This document shows positions 10,366 to 21,119 of a DNA stretch of 32,000 nucleotides, piece after piece. The notes under the pieces are model-generated. The model searched no databases, was not told the DNA's origin, and was given only the letters and a program-made list of their open reading frames with translations. Each line of letters begins with the position of its first letter. Position 1 is the first letter of the stretch. Source of the DNA: Candidatus Saccharimonadota bacterium (GTDB taxonomy: Bacteria; Patescibacteriota; Saccharimonadia; Saccharimonadales; Saccharimonadaceae); contig JBAQRV010000001.1 in the NCBI GenBank assembly GCA_049296095.1, forward strand, positions 1 to 32,000. The letters run 5' to 3'. Made by a program: the position numbers and the translations under genes.

Positions 10366-11283
10366 GTGCAAAAAATCCTACTCTATTACCAATTTACGCC
10401 AATTAAAGATCCCGAAGCGGTTCGTTTGTGGCAAAAGACACTGACAGACAGTCTTGGGCTTCGTGGCCGGATTTTGATATCGGAACACGGTATCAATGGA
10501 ACGGTTGGTGGTGAGATGGATGATCTAAAGAAATATATTAAAGACACGAAAACCTATCCTGGATTTAAGAATATTGTTTTTAAATGGAGTGAGGGTGGTC
10601 GTGAAGACTTTCCTCGTATGAGTGTCAAGGCTCGTCGGGAATTAGTCGGCTTTAAAAACAGTGATGATGAGTTTGAGGTTGACGAGAATGGGGTGATTGG
10701 CGGCGGTGTTCATTTAAAGCCAAAACAGGTACATGAATTAGTTGAGAAGTATGGCGATGACGTCGTGTTCTTTGATGGCCGCAATGCACACGAGGCCGCG
10801 ATCGGAAAATTTAAAAATGCAGTCGTACCAAATACTCATACGTCACGTGATTTTATCGACGAACTCGAGAGTGACAAATATGATGACATTAAAGACAAGA
10901 AAGTCATCACTTATTGCACGGGCGGTATCCGCTGCGAAGTGATCAGTGCCATGATGAAGAAGCGGGGATTTAACGAGGTCTACCAAATTGATGGTGGCAT
11001 CGTGAAGTACGGTGAGGCTTATGGAGACGATGGGCTGTGGGAAGGAAGTTTACGGGTGTTTGATGACCGCATGACAGTGAACTTCTCTGACCACGCCGCG
11101 GTCATTGGGGAGTGTACCCATTGTCAGGGAAAAACGAGTAATTTCGAAAACTGCGCTTTTGCGAATTGTAATGATTTGGTTTTAATTTGTGATGACTGCA
11201 AACAAGATCCAGATCTTTTATTCCACACCAATGAGTGTCGCAAGAATGCAGAACAAAGTATGAAAGTGGGGGTAGCAGCATAG
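10366..11283 (+). CDS. trhO: Rhodanese-domain protein of the UPF0176/TrhO family (tRNA U34 hydroxylase)
   Basis: 305 aa. N-terminus [33 protein letters not shown], rhodanese active-site loop YCTGGIRCE, and a C-terminal Cys-rich tail. Confidence 0.8.
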   Translation: MQKILLYYQFTPIKDPEAVRLWQKTLTDSLGLRGRILISEHGINGTVGGEMDDLKKYIKDTKTYPGFKNIVFKWSEGGREDFPRMSVKARRELVGFKNSDDEFEVDENGVIGGGVHLKPKQVHELVEKYGDDVVFFDGRNAHEAAIGKFKNAVVPNTHTSRDFIDELESDKYDDIKDKKVITYCTGGIRCEVISAMMKKRGFNEVYQIDGGIVKYGEAYGDDGLWEGSLRVFDDRMTVNFSDHAAVIGECTHCQGKTSNFENCAFANCNDLVLICDDCKQDPDLLFHTNECRKNAEQSMKVGVAA

Positions 11284-13529
11284 GTAATTTCTTACACAAA
11301 ATCGGTGCCTATGCGTTTACGCATCGCTGGCAGGTGATCGCTGGCTGGCTGGTACTGCTGGCCCTTTTAGCTGTCACGGCTTCACAGTTTATAAAACCGA
11401 CCAGTACATCGATTAGTATTCCTGGAACCGAAGCGCAACAAGCGCTGGATCGATTTGGTGAGCTATTTCCTAGTGCCGGTAAAGGCTCTGGACGGATCGT
11501 TTTGGAAGCACCAAGCGGGAAAACACTTGATGATTACCAGACTATTATCAGCACTCTCGTAACGAAAGCGGATGAAGTTGAAGGTGTGAGCGAGGCTATC
11601 AGTCCATACCTGAATCCAAGGGCGATGTCGTCTGATCGGACGATTGCCTATGTGCAACTCCAGCTCGATAACGAGCTGAGTGGCATTAAAGATACAACCA
11701 CCGATAGCGTTCAGACGATCGTCGATGAAGCTCGACAGAGTGGCCTGACGGTTGAAATGGGCGGTGACATCATTGGCCGAAATCAAGGTGAGATTCTCGG
11801 GGTTGGTGAGGTAGCTGGGGTTGTCTTAGCGCTTGTCGTTTTGGTGATGACGTTAGGATCATTACTATCGGCTGGAATGCCGCTGGCGACTGCCCTCATT
11901 TCTATTGGTGTCAGTATGGCTGGATTGTTCTCGTTGAGCCAGGTTATCGATATCAGTTCAACCACACCAGTACTGGCGGTCATGTTAGGCTTGGCGGTTG
12001 GTATAGATTACTCGCTGTTTATTATCAGTAAGTACAAAAGTTATCTACTCGATGGCTATCAAAATAAGGAGGCAGCTGCCAAGGCAATCGGGACGGCTGG
12101 AAATGCTGTTATCTTTGCAGCGGCAACAGTCGTTATTGCGTTAAGTGCACTGACCGTAGCGCAAATCCCATTCATGACGACGATGGGGCTGGCAGGTGCG
12201 GCGACTGTCGCCTTGGCGGCGATTGTATCGGTGACGCTTGTTCCGGCTTTACTGGGTCTGGCTGGTGACCGTACTTTTCGCGGTAAAACGAAGCAGGCAA
12301 TCAAGCAAGCTCAGGCGAAGGGTCCTCACGAATCGCATCGGGTGAGTCATAAAACATTTTGGTACCGATGGGGTGCTGCGATCACTCGTCGGCCAATCAT
12401 TATTCTCGTGGGAGCAGTACTTTTGGTTGCTGCAATTGCGCTGCCAGTTCGTGATCTACAACTTGGCCTGCCAACTGACCAATACGCCGCTCAAGAAACG
12501 ACCCAACGTAAAGCCTATGATATTTTGACGAAGGGCTTTGGACCAGGGTTTAATGGTCCATTGTTGGTTGTCGTTGAAGGGCTCCCAAAGGTATCCGAGC
12601 AAGCAATCGCACAGCTCGGTCCACAGAATGCCACGATTCTGCAGCTCGCTATGGTCGCACAAAAGGTAGCGACGGTTGATGGTGTTGCTCAGGCGTTACC
12701 TGCGCTCGTGACTGACGACGGGACGAAGGGTGTTATTCAGATTGTCCCTACAACTGCGCCGTCAGATCCAGCGACACTTGATTTGATTCAGTACCTACGC
12801 GACACCTCTCATCAAGAATCCCTTGCGGGTCTAGACGGTGTGACCTTTAGTGTTACCGGGTCAACGGCACTACAAGCTGATATTAACGACAAACTGACCA
12901 GTGCATTGCCGCTCTATTTAGGAGTGGTTGTTGGACTGTCGTTGATTCTCTTGATGGTGGCTTTTCGTTCTATTTTGATTCCTATTAAAGCAACACTTGG
13001 GTTCTTGCTGTCGGTGCTCGCTATGTTCGGTGCCCTCGTCGCCGTGTTCCAATGGGGGTGGTTTGGCATCGCTGATGCGCCTGGTCCGATCATTAGTTTT
13101 ATTCCGATTATCGCTATTGGGGTATTGTTTGGCTTAGCTATGGACTATGAGTTCTTCTTGGTATCGAGCATGCATGAAGCCTATGGTAGGACGGGTAAGG
13201 CTAAGCAGGCGGTGATTGATGGCTTTGGGCTGGGAAGTAAGGTGGTGACGGCGGCTGGGATTATCATGGTGGCGGTATTCGCCGGCTTTATTCTGAACCA
13301 CGACGCGACGATTCAGGCGATTGGCTTTGGTTTGGCACTGGGTATTTTGGTTGACGCCTTTATTATCCGCATGACGATCGTTCCTGCAGTGATGACCCTG
13401 CTCGGTAAGAGCGCCTGGTGGCTTCCGAAGTGGCTCGATAAGATACTGCCGCATATTTCGATTGAAGGTGAAGCTGAAACAGCTCATAATGAAGCGCATG
13501 GTACTGGAAAAAAATCCAAAACTCGCTAA
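11235..13529 (+). CDS. MMPL/RND-superfamily membrane transporter
   Basis: 764 aa with two TM bundles. Motifs [13 protein letters not shown] and [18 protein letters not shown] are typical of MMPL proteins. The only canonical in-frame start is ATG 11235, giving a 49-nt overlap with trhO. Confidence 0.8.
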   Translation: MSQECRTKYESGGSSIGNFLHKIGAYAFTHRWQVIAGWLVLLALLAVTASQFIKPTSTSISIPGTEAQQALDRFGELFPSAGKGSGRIVLEAPSGKTLDDYQTIISTLVTKADEVEGVSEAISPYLNPRAMSSDRTIAYVQLQLDNELSGIKDTTTDSVQTIVDEARQSGLTVEMGGDIIGRNQGEILGVGEVAGVVLALVVLVMTLGSLLSAGMPLATALISIGVSMAGLFSLSQVIDISSTTPVLAVMLGLAVGIDYSLFIISKYKSYLLDGYQNKEAAAKAIGTAGNAVIFAAATVVIALSALTVAQIPFMTTMGLAGAATVALAAIVSVTLVPALLGLAGDRTFRGKTKQAIKQAQAKGPHESHRVSHKTFWYRWGAAITRRPIIILVGAVLLVAAIALPVRDLQLGLPTDQYAAQETTQRKAYDILTKGFGPGFNGPLLVVVEGLPKVSEQAIAQLGPQNATILQLAMVAQKVATVDGVAQALPALVTDDGTKGVIQIVPTTAPSDPATLDLIQYLRDTSHQESLAGLDGVTFSVTGSTALQADINDKLTSALPLYLGVVVGLSLILLMVAFRSILIPIKATLGFLLSVLAMFGALVAVFQWGWFGIADAPGPIISFIPIIAIGVLFGLAMDYEFFLVSSMHEAYGRTGKAKQAVIDGFGLGSKVVTAAGIIMVAVFAGFILNHDATIQAIGFGLALGILVDAFIIRMTIVPAVMTLLGKSAWWLPKWLDKILPHISIEGEAETAHNEAHGTGKKSKTR

Positions 13530-15066
13530 AAAGCTCGCGACCCTTCCGCGTAGTCCTGGGGTCTATTTCCATAAATCAAAAACAGGCGAGATTATTTATG
13601 TAGGCAAGGCAGCGGTCTTAAAGAATCGTGTCCGTCAGTATTTCCAGAGCACTCGCGATATGGACGTTAAAACACGCGCCTTGGTAGAAGAAATTGCCGA
13701 CACTGATTGGGTTGAGACGGAAAGTGAGCTTGATGCGCTATTCCTGGAGTCTGAGATGGTCAAGCGTTATATGCCCCGCTTTAATATCTTGCTCAGAGAT
13801 GATAAGTCACAGACCTTTATCCGAATTGATATGAAAAGTGAATGGCCAACAGTGAGCTTTACGCGCAACCCTGCCGATGACGGTGCCGAGTATTTTGGGC
13901 CGTATTATAACGGCTTTGCGATCAAAAAAGGTATGCGCTATTTGCGACGTGTTTTCCCTTATTATACGAAACCACCGACGGAAAATGGTCGACCAGACCT
14001 TGACGCACATATTGGCCTCAGCCCGAGAGATGGCACGAGTAGCCTTGACTACAAGGCGAGCTTGAAGAGACTGATTCGCTATTTGGAGGGCGGGCGAAGA
14101 ACGATTCTCAAAGAGTTTGAAAAAGAAATGCACATAGCTGCGAAACTACATGATTTTGAGAATGCGGCTATGCTCCGAAACAAAATAAGCAACATTAAAG
14201 CATTGCAGCAAAAGATTATGTTTGGCGACAGAGAGTTTCTCGATATAAGCAAAGATAAAGCGCTGAGTAAGTTGGTTGATCTGTTTGGTCTACAGAAAAT
14301 ACCGGCTCGAATTGAAGGGTATGACATCAGTCATATGGGTGGCACGAACGTAGTCGCAAGTATGGTGGTATTTACGAATGGTGTCAGCGACAGAGCAAAC
14401 TACCGCAAGTTCAAGACGCGCATCGAGCAAAATGATGATTACTATAATATGTACGAAACACTTTTGCGGCGAACCAGTGAAAAGAATCTCAAGGCATGGG
14501 GAGTGCCTGACCTTATTTTAATCGATGGTGGAAAGGGCCAGCTTGATGCGGCTCTGAAGGCACTCGAAGAGCGTCAGCTTACTATTCCGATGATAAGTAT
14601 AGCCAAGCGAGAAGAAGAAATAATTATTCACGGAACTCGATCGAATATCGCAACAGAGAAACTGATTAATTTAATCAAAGAGCCGCAAGACGATGTGATA
14701 GTTACAAGATCTGGTGAGTACTTGATCGTTAATCTCCATCCAGGGCAAGTCAATGCCTCGGGGCACTCTAAAAACCTGCGTGGAAGCTCGCAGTTCTCCT
14801 CATATTCTGATGTCACAAAGCTGTTTCAGCGAATCCGTGATGAATCTCATCGATTTGCGGTGAGTTACCACACCGTTTTAAAGCGTGCGAAACAGACCGA
14901 GGGTACACTTGAAGAAGTTCCGGGGATTGGTCCAGCGACAAAACGAAAGTTGATCAGGACATTTGGAAGCGTCCGTGCGTTAAAGTCGGCTGATCATGCG
15001 GCGATTGTGGCAGCGATCGGTGAGTCAAAGGCGGCCTTGATCCGTCGATATTTGCTTAGCGATTAA
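13498..15066 (+). CDS. uvrC: Excinuclease ABC subunit C
   Basis: GIY-YIG region PGVYFHKSKTGEIIYVGKA..NRVRQYF, UVR motif FENAAMLRNKISNIKAL, and C-terminal HhH region EVPGIGPATKRKLIRTFGS. Start is uncertain (TTG 13462, ATG 13489 or ATG 13498); all options overlap the MMPL 3' end. Confidence 0.9.
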   Translation: MVLEKNPKLAKKLATLPRSPGVYFHKSKTGEIIYVGKAAVLKNRVRQYFQSTRDMDVKTRALVEEIADTDWVETESELDALFLESEMVKRYMPRFNILLRDDKSQTFIRIDMKSEWPTVSFTRNPADDGAEYFGPYYNGFAIKKGMRYLRRVFPYYTKPPTENGRPDLDAHIGLSPRDGTSSLDYKASLKRLIRYLEGGRRTILKEFEKEMHIAAKLHDFENAAMLRNKISNIKALQQKIMFGDREFLDISKDKALSKLVDLFGLQKIPARIEGYDISHMGGTNVVASMVVFTNGVSDRANYRKFKTRIEQNDDYYNMYETLLRRTSEKNLKAWGVPDLILIDGGKGQLDAALKALEERQLTIPMISIAKREEEIIIHGTRSNIATEKLINLIKEPQDDVIVTRSGEYLIVNLHPGQVNASGHSKNLRGSSQFSSYSDVTKLFQRIRDESHRFAVSYHTVLKRAKQTEGTLEEVPGIGPATKRKLIRTFGSVRALKSADHAAIVAAIGESKAALIRRYLLSD

Positions 15067-15108
15067 CGCTTATGCTACACTACAGACATTAATATAACGG
15101 ATAAAAAC

Positions 15109-16647
15109 GTGCGCAATTATTCAAAATCTAACGCTGGTTTTACGCTTGTAGAAATTATTGTCGTTATCGTCATTATTGCCGTTCTTGCTGGGATTACGAT
15201 TGTTGGGTATGGCGCTTGGCGCAACTCTGTTCTGACCTCTGAGGTGAAAAGTACACTGGGGACCGCCGCCTCGAGTATGGAGAATTCACGCAACTTCGAG
15301 GAAACTTATCCATCGGCACTTCCCTCGACGATCGAAGGTGGCGATAATGTCATTCTTGATCTCGATGCGGCGACCGATGATTATTACTGTATTGACGGTG
15401 TTAGTGCTGAAAACGCAAGTATACAGTACTACATAAGCTCGGTGATTAAAGATAAGGGGGCTCAGCCAGGTACTTGTGCGACGAGCTCGTCAGTAGCACC
15501 TGTCGCACCGGCGGCGTTTGCGGTTGCTGCCTCTGCTTTGGATCAAATTACGCTTAGCTGGACTAATTCTGGTGGGGCTACGAGCTATATTATTCAATGC
15601 GCACGGGATGCTGCATTTATCGAAAATGTGAAAACGGCTACCGTTACCTCATCTCCAGGGGCAGTAACGAACCTAGATCCAAATGTGACCTATTTTTGTC
15701 GTGGAAAGGCAGCGAACTCAGCAGGTGACAGCGCATGGTCGGCGCCAGTTAGTACGACGACCGTGGTTGTATTTGGAACAATAGCGGCTGCAACAAATCT
15801 CCAGGAAACTTCAATTGGTGGAACGAGCACCACCGTTACATGGGATGCGATTATTTGTAATCTAGGGACACCATCTTATCGCATGGTGTGGGTAAGTGGT
15901 GATACGGGATCTACTGCTTGGGGATCATCATTGACGACAGTATTGTCACATACTCAGGCTGCGTCCTATACCTGGAAGGTTGAGACGAAATGTAGTTATG
16001 CGGGTATTGATTCTAGTGTCGCATCATCTACTAATAAATCATTTACCTCAATTGTCACGGCACCATCAGGCGCCTTCGGCACGATCGGTTGGAACGATCG
16101 TTGGGATTATAACGCCAACAGCAACACCTTTACCTGCGTATCTCCGGCAATTGAGGAATACACGATTGTAAAGACACTGAACGATGCCACGTCAGGCACA
16201 TGGACCTATGCATGGTCGACCTCAACAACGCAATCAGTGAGTTCGAATACTAATCAAGGCGCACGTATGACCGTATATATGCAGGTTCGCTGTCGAGTTG
16301 GTGTAACTAGCTCAACCGTACTGAGCTCATCCTCACGAACTGATAATGCATCAGTCGATGCGCCCGGTAACGTACCGAGTTGGTGTGTCGGTAGTTGCGG
16401 ATCGCCAAAAGGCAATAGTTGGGGTGCGGTTGGATGCCCAGCAGGAACATATGCCGTCTACTACGCACACACCTATGGTGACTATGGTAACAACATTTTT
16501 GGGCCATACGAAGCAGCAAACTTTTATCAATTTAACAGAGGTACGTACTATGATGGAAATCAAATGTTGCACGAGTATCTTGCGGCACGATGTACCTCAG
16601 CGTATCGATCAAGTGGCTGGGGCCCAGCGAATACGATGTACTGGTAA
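15109..16647 (+). CDS. Large type IV pilin-like protein (class III signal peptide) with fibronectin type III-like modules and a Cys-rich C-terminal domain
   Basis: MRNYSKSNAG|FTLVEIIVVIVIIAVLAGI is a prepilin leader with the G/F cleavage site and Glu+5. FN3-like segment ITLSWTNSGGATSYIIQCARD...YFCRGKAANSAGDSAWS, followed by a second similar module. GTG start. Confidence 0.8.
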   Translation: MRNYSKSNAGFTLVEIIVVIVIIAVLAGITIVGYGAWRNSVLTSEVKSTLGTAASSMENSRNFEETYPSALPSTIEGGDNVILDLDAATDDYYCIDGVSAENASIQYYISSVIKDKGAQPGTCATSSSVAPVAPAAFAVAASALDQITLSWTNSGGATSYIIQCARDAAFIENVKTATVTSSPGAVTNLDPNVTYFCRGKAANSAGDSAWSAPVSTTTVVVFGTIAAATNLQETSIGGTSTTVTWDAIICNLGTPSYRMVWVSGDTGSTAWGSSLTTVLSHTQAASYTWKVETKCSYAGIDSSVASSTNKSFTSIVTAPSGAFGTIGWNDRWDYNANSNTFTCVSPAIEEYTIVKTLNDATSGTWTYAWSTSTTQSVSSNTNQGARMTVYMQVRCRVGVTSSTVLSSSSRTDNASVDAPGNVPSWCVGSCGSPKGNSWGAVGCPAGTYAVYYAHTYGDYGNNIFGPYEAANFYQFNRGTYYDGNQMLHEYLAARCTSAYRSSGWGPANTMYW

Positions 16648-16662
16648 TAGGGGAGGAATAAT

Positions 16663-17403
16663 ATGACAGTTAAGCAAGTATTCATAATGATAGGAATCTT
16701 TATCGGCGTTGCCGCGCTTACTGTTGGTGGCTTGATGTTGTTCCGTTACCTCACGTCTGGTGATGAGAGTGTGCAGTCAAACGACGTCACGACCTTTACT
16801 GAAATAAGTGATATAACATTTGTTCCCGCTCTCGGTACTGTCCCGGCTGCAGATAATGGGTGGATAAACTATACCACTGAGGTGGCTCGAGAAATTGGTA
16901 TTACACAGCTCAAGAAGGCGAGTTGCCGAGTGACAATAGAGCCACGCAAGGTGATTTTATATGATGCGTCATTGAAAGATTATGCATTGTCGCGAGATTT
17001 TGCAAAGACGGTTGCGGCTGGCGAGCAAGCTGAATTAAGTGATGATCAGATTATCAAGATAGCTTCCAATAAGGGTGAAGTTCAATTCTTTACTGGCATA
17101 TATCACCCAACCTATGGTCTATTGACCGAAGAGATCGGTGAAGGCAATACTCCGCCGATGGACGATAATCAAGGGAAGCTCGAAGGTGATCGGACGACCT
17201 TTATCGCTGCTCGATTATTCAACAATCCACTTGAAGGTGAAGATATTGGTGATCAAAAACAGATCCCAGCGATCGTCTATAAGCATGCATGTATGGATGT
17301 TGATTTTGATAAAACCGAGGCGCTGACCATGTTTGGCCAGGTTGAGATTGATTTTGCGAGTCCTGCCTCGACCGCAAAAGACTCGACGAAACAGCCAAAA
17401 TAG
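16663..17403 (+). CDS. N-terminally membrane-anchored hypothetical protein, likely co-transcribed with the pilin gene
   Basis: 246 aa. GGGAGG SD 7 nt upstream, single N-terminal TM helix (IMIGIFIGVAALTVGGLMLF), start 15 nt after the pilin stop. No family recognised. Confidence 0.6.
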   Translation: MTVKQVFIMIGIFIGVAALTVGGLMLFRYLTSGDESVQSNDVTTFTEISDITFVPALGTVPAADNGWINYTTEVAREIGITQLKKASCRVTIEPRKVILYDASLKDYALSRDFAKTVAAGEQAELSDDQIIKIASNKGEVQFFTGIYHPTYGLLTEEIGEGNTPPMDDNQGKLEGDRTTFIAARLFNNPLEGEDIGDQKQIPAIVYKHACMDVDFDKTEALTMFGQVEIDFASPASTAKDSTKQPK

Positions 17404-17431
17404 TTCAGAAGCTAGCGTATACTGGTCAGTA

Positions 17432-18631
17432 ATGAATCCATCTTTTTTTACGACTAACCGCTCAAGACTGACAAAGGTTTTAGGTAAAGAACTGATTGTC
17501 ATGGCGGGCAATAGTTTAATGCAACGCTCGAACGATATGAGTTTTCCTTTCGAGCAAGAAGCAAACTTTTGGTGGTTGACGGGTATAGAGGCGCCAGATT
17601 GGACGCTGATTATCGACGGAAGCGCTAAAAAGAGCTACCTTATTGCCCCTGAGGTTGATGCGGTGCATCAGGTGTTCGACGGTAGTTTAGACTGGCAGAC
17701 AGCCAAACGGATCAGTGGGGTTGATAAAGTTATCTCAAATTCTGAAGGCAAGGCGCTGTTCGTTGATTTGGCGAAGCGTGGCAGTGGGGTCTGGACTTTG
17801 GGTAAGGATCCATCGGTGAAATACTATGATTTCTCATTGAATCCAGGACCAGTACGTCACTATACCAAGCTGAAGAGACTCTTTCATTCGGTAAACGATT
17901 GTCGACTGGAGCTGGCGCGCCTAAGGGCTATCAAGCAACCACCAGAGATTGAGGCGATACGACGGGCGATCGCTCTCACAGTCGATGCTTTTAATGAGGT
18001 GAAACAGCAACTTTTGACCTACAGATACGAATATGAGATTGAAGCTGCTTTTAGTAATGCTTTTCGTCGTAAGGGCGCAAAGGGCCACGCCTATGACCCA
18101 ATTGTGGCGAGCGGTTCTCATGCCTGCACGCTTCACTATATGCAAAACGACGATCAACTAAAGCAAGCTGAATTACTTCTACTAGACATTGGTGCTCGCG
18201 TCGGTGGCTATGCTGCCGATATTACAAGGACCTATCAGATAGGGAAGGCGACAGTGCGCCAAAAAGAGGTGCATGCGGCGGTAGAGTCGGCACATCAGGA
18301 AATTATCGCTCTTTTGAAACCAGGATTAGCGGTAAGCGAGTATCAAAGGCGAGTCGACGAAATTATGCAACAAAAATTACATCAACTTGGACTCCTCGAG
18401 TACCCAGGTGATTATCGCAAGTATTTCCCTCATGCTATCAGTCACGGCCTAGGCGTTGACGTTCATGACGCGTTGGGTCGACCAACCGAGTTTCTAGAGG
18501 GTATGGTGCTGACGGTTGAACCAGGCATCTACATACCAGAGGAAGGTATTGGTGTCAGGATTGAAGATGACATTCTCATTACCAGGGGTGGCCACGAGAA
18601 CCTCAGCGCTGCACTGCCCACCTCTTTGTGA
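17432..18631 (+). CDS. M24B family Xaa-Pro aminopeptidase/dipeptidase
   Basis: Metal-ligand pattern LLLDIGARVGGYAADITRT, HGLGVDVHD, TVEPGIY and RIEDD. Start moved to ATG 17432 because the ORF-track start at 17333 overlaps the upstream gene. TATACT at 17418-17423 ends 8 nt before the ATG. Confidence 0.85.
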   Translation: MNPSFFTTNRSRLTKVLGKELIVMAGNSLMQRSNDMSFPFEQEANFWWLTGIEAPDWTLIIDGSAKKSYLIAPEVDAVHQVFDGSLDWQTAKRISGVDKVISNSEGKALFVDLAKRGSGVWTLGKDPSVKYYDFSLNPGPVRHYTKLKRLFHSVNDCRLELARLRAIKQPPEIEAIRRAIALTVDAFNEVKQQLLTYRYEYEIEAAFSNAFRRKGAKGHAYDPIVASGSHACTLHYMQNDDQLKQAELLLLDIGARVGGYAADITRTYQIGKATVRQKEVHAAVESAHQEIIALLKPGLAVSEYQRRVDEIMQQKLHQLGLLEYPGDYRKYFPHAISHGLGVDVHDALGRPTEFLEGMVLTVEPGIYIPEEGIGVRIEDDILITRGGHENLSAALPTSL

Positions 18632-18648
18632 TATACTTTTAAGAGTAT

Positions 18649-19041
18649 ATGAAGCAACAATTATTTGTTTTTCTCGTTCGTTGGGTACTCAACTCTTTTG
18701 GTTTGTGGGTGGCCGTTCGCTTACTAGGAACCGGCTATGAGAATTTTGATGTCACTGCGGGGTTCTGGGGCTTTTTGCTAGCTGGTTTAATCTTCTCTAT
18801 CCTCAATAGTGTTCTAAAACCACTTGCGGTCATTCTGTCACTTCCTGCGATTCTGTTGACGCTTGGTCTCTTTATGATTGTCGTTAATGGTGCCTTGGTG
18901 TATCTTTCGCTGGCTCTCGCACCGGGAATTGGTATGTCATTCCTTAACTCGATTCTTACCGGAATCATCCTCAGTCTGATAAACTATATTGTAAGTGCTG
19001 CAGTCGAAATGCGGAGCGGCAATTCAGGAGTAAAGATATGA
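18649..19041 (+). CDS. Phage-holin-4 superfamily (YvlD-like) membrane protein
   Basis: 130 aa with 4 hydrophobic helices. N-terminus LVRWVLNSFGLWVA.. resembles the family as I recall it. An extended -10 (tgatatact, 18629-18637) lies upstream. Confidence 0.6.
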   Translation: MKQQLFVFLVRWVLNSFGLWVAVRLLGTGYENFDVTAGFWGFLLAGLIFSILNSVLKPLAVILSLPAILLTLGLFMIVVNGALVYLSLALAPGIGMSFLNSILTGIILSLINYIVSAAVEMRSGNSGVKI

Positions 19042-19271
19042 ATATCAATAGTATTATCGAAATTATTATGGTCGGATCGGCAGTCTTGATGGTGATTGCG
19101 ATTCTTTTGCAACAACGTGGCGCGACGCTGGGTGCCGGTTTTGGTAGCTCTGGTGAACTCTATACTACTCGTCGTGGTGTCGATAAGAATTTATTTGAGG
19201 TCACTATCGTCTTTGCTGTCATATTTATTGCCTCAATTCTGGCCGGACTTTTATTACCGGCCGTTGGCTAA
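19038..19271 (+). CDS. secG: Preprotein translocase subunit SecG
   Basis: 77 aa with two TM helices flanking LLQQRGATLGAGFGSSGE. ATGA start/stop overlap with the upstream gene, with a CAGGAG SD. Confidence 0.8.
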   Translation: MNINSIIEIIMVGSAVLMVIAILLQQRGATLGAGFGSSGELYTTRRGVDKNLFEVTIVFAVIFIASILAGLLLPAVG

Positions 19272-19281
19272 GGATTACTCA

Positions 19282-21075
19282 GTGGCTGATAAGCAACCAA
19301 GGAAATGGCGCCGCCTGCCCAAGATGAGTTTCAGCTCAAGAGACTTATCAAGGCGAATGAAAAAGGTTGAGGGTGCAACCGTCAAGCACGCCCGACGGTT
19401 TGTGTTTCGTCGTCTCGATAATTTTCGCGAAGTACGTCGTCACATTGCGATATGGGTATTAGCGATCGGTGTTGTTATCGGGGCGAGTGGCCTTCAGCTT
19501 ATGTGGTACCAACAGAGTTATCGAACGGTCGCTTTTGCTAATGATGGGACGTATGCTGAGGCTGTTTTAGGGCCAGTGAATACCCTTAATCCTATCTTTG
19601 CCAGCACGAGCGCTGAGGAATCGGCGGGAAATTTATTGTTCTCTCGTCTACTTACTTATGATGAGACCGGGCATCTTAATTACGACTTGGCTGAGAGCAT
19701 GACATTGAGTGATGATCGGAAAACTTATACGATCACCATCCGCCCTGATGCTCGTTGGCAGGATGGTATTTATGTCAGGGCTCGGGACGTTGTTTTTACA
19801 GTGAACTTATTGAAGAATCCAGCGACCCGTTCAACCATTAGTGGTTGGGATGATGTGACGGCGACGCTTGTTGATGATCGAACAGTGAGTTTTACGCTAC
19901 CGGCTGTCTATGCGGCCTTTCCACATGCCTTGAATTTCCTGCCAATCCTGCCAGAGCATATTCTCCGCGATGTGGAACCGGGTGCGATTCGTGAGAATGA
20001 GTTTAGCAAAAAGCCAACAGGAAGCGGTCCATTCATTTTTCGATTTGCTCAGGATATTGATTCAGGGGCAGGACGTAAGATCATTCACCTGGCGCGCAAT
20101 AGTGGATATTATGGCGGTATCGCCAAGCTTGATCGCTTCCAGCTTCACGTCTACGATAATGCAGATGCAATTATTCGGGCCGTAAAGACATCAGAAGTGA
20201 ACGCTGCGACCGATCTGACGATCACTGACACTGAGAGTTTTGCAACGGATCGCTATAGCGTAGAAGATAAACCAATTAATAGCGGCGTATATGCTCTATT
20301 TAATACATCTTCGCCGATCTTGCAAGACGGTAAGGTTCGTCAAGCCTTGCAATATGGAACAGATACAACGGCAGTAAGAAAAGCGCTAGATGATGTGGTG
20401 CCTGTGTTGTATCTGCCTTTTGTTGAAGGACAGGTGACTGGCGATATTCCCGCGGCACCAGTCTATGACAGGGCGACTGCTGAACGGTTACTTGATGAAG
20501 CTGGTTGGAGGCTTGACGGTACGGTGCGAAAGAAGGACGGCAATCCTCTGAAACTCGCCTTTGTGACGACAAAGAATAATGACTTTGAAAAGGTACAGAG
20601 CGTTATCAGTAGTCAGTGGCGTGCCTTAGGTATTACTGTCACAACGACTGTGGTTGATCCAACAGATCCGGCTCAGAATGTGGTGCAAAACGTTCTGCAA
20701 CGCCGCAACTTTGATGTCCTATTGTATCAATTGACGATCGGCGGTGACCCAGATGTGTATGCGTACTGGCACTCATCGCAGGCGAATAGTGGTTTTAACT
20801 TCTCAAATTATGCTAATACGACGAGCGACGATGCACTACTGAGTGCCCGCGCCCGCATCGAGCCTGACCTTCGTAATGCCAAGTATCTGACATTTGCTCG
20901 CCAATGGCTCGCCGATGCACCTGCTATTGGTTTGTATCAAGCCACGACTCAGTATGTGTACAGCAAGAGTGTCCATGCCCTGCCAAGCGATGAGGTGCTA
21001 ACATCACCGACCGATCGCTATGCTGACGTCCTGTATTGGTCGGTGGGCGATCGTCTCGTCCAACGTACGCCTTAG
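19282..21075 (+). CDS. ABC-transporter family-5 (peptide/nickel type) solute-binding protein, anchored by an N-terminal TM helix
   Basis: A long basic N-terminus and the TM helix IAIWVLAIGVVIGASGL, then an SBP_bac_5-like body. GTG 19282 has an AGGA SD 7 nt upstream; ATG 19324 is an alternative. The ORF-track start at 19096 overlaps secG and is an artefact. Confidence 0.75.
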   Translation: MADKQPRKWRRLPKMSFSSRDLSRRMKKVEGATVKHARRFVFRRLDNFREVRRHIAIWVLAIGVVIGASGLQLMWYQQSYRTVAFANDGTYAEAVLGPVNTLNPIFASTSAEESAGNLLFSRLLTYDETGHLNYDLAESMTLSDDRKTYTITIRPDARWQDGIYVRARDVVFTVNLLKNPATRSTISGWDDVTATLVDDRTVSFTLPAVYAAFPHALNFLPILPEHILRDVEPGAIRENEFSKKPTGSGPFIFRFAQDIDSGAGRKIIHLARNSGYYGGIAKLDRFQLHVYDNADAIIRAVKTSEVNAATDLTITDTESFATDRYSVEDKPINSGVYALFNTSSPILQDGKVRQALQYGTDTTAVRKALDDVVPVLYLPFVEGQVTGDIPAAPVYDRATAERLLDEAGWRLDGTVRKKDGNPLKLAFVTTKNNDFEKVQSVISSQWRALGITVTTTVVDPTDPAQNVVQNVLQRRNFDVLLYQLTIGGDPDVYAYWHSSQANSGFNFSNYANTTSDDALLSARARIEPDLRNAKYLTFARQWLADAPAIGLYQATTQYVYSKSVHALPSDEVLTSPTDRYADVLYWSVGDRLVQRTP

Positions 21076-21101
21076 GGCTTGAATACAGAGGTCACCTGAG
21101 G

Positions 21102-21107
21102 TATACT
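21102..21107 (+). promoter_or_regulatory. -10 box (TATACT) for tRNA-Val
   Basis: tatact lies 12 nt upstream of the mature tRNA 5' end. Confidence 0.4.
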
Positions 21108-21119
21108 ATCTCGAGGTAC

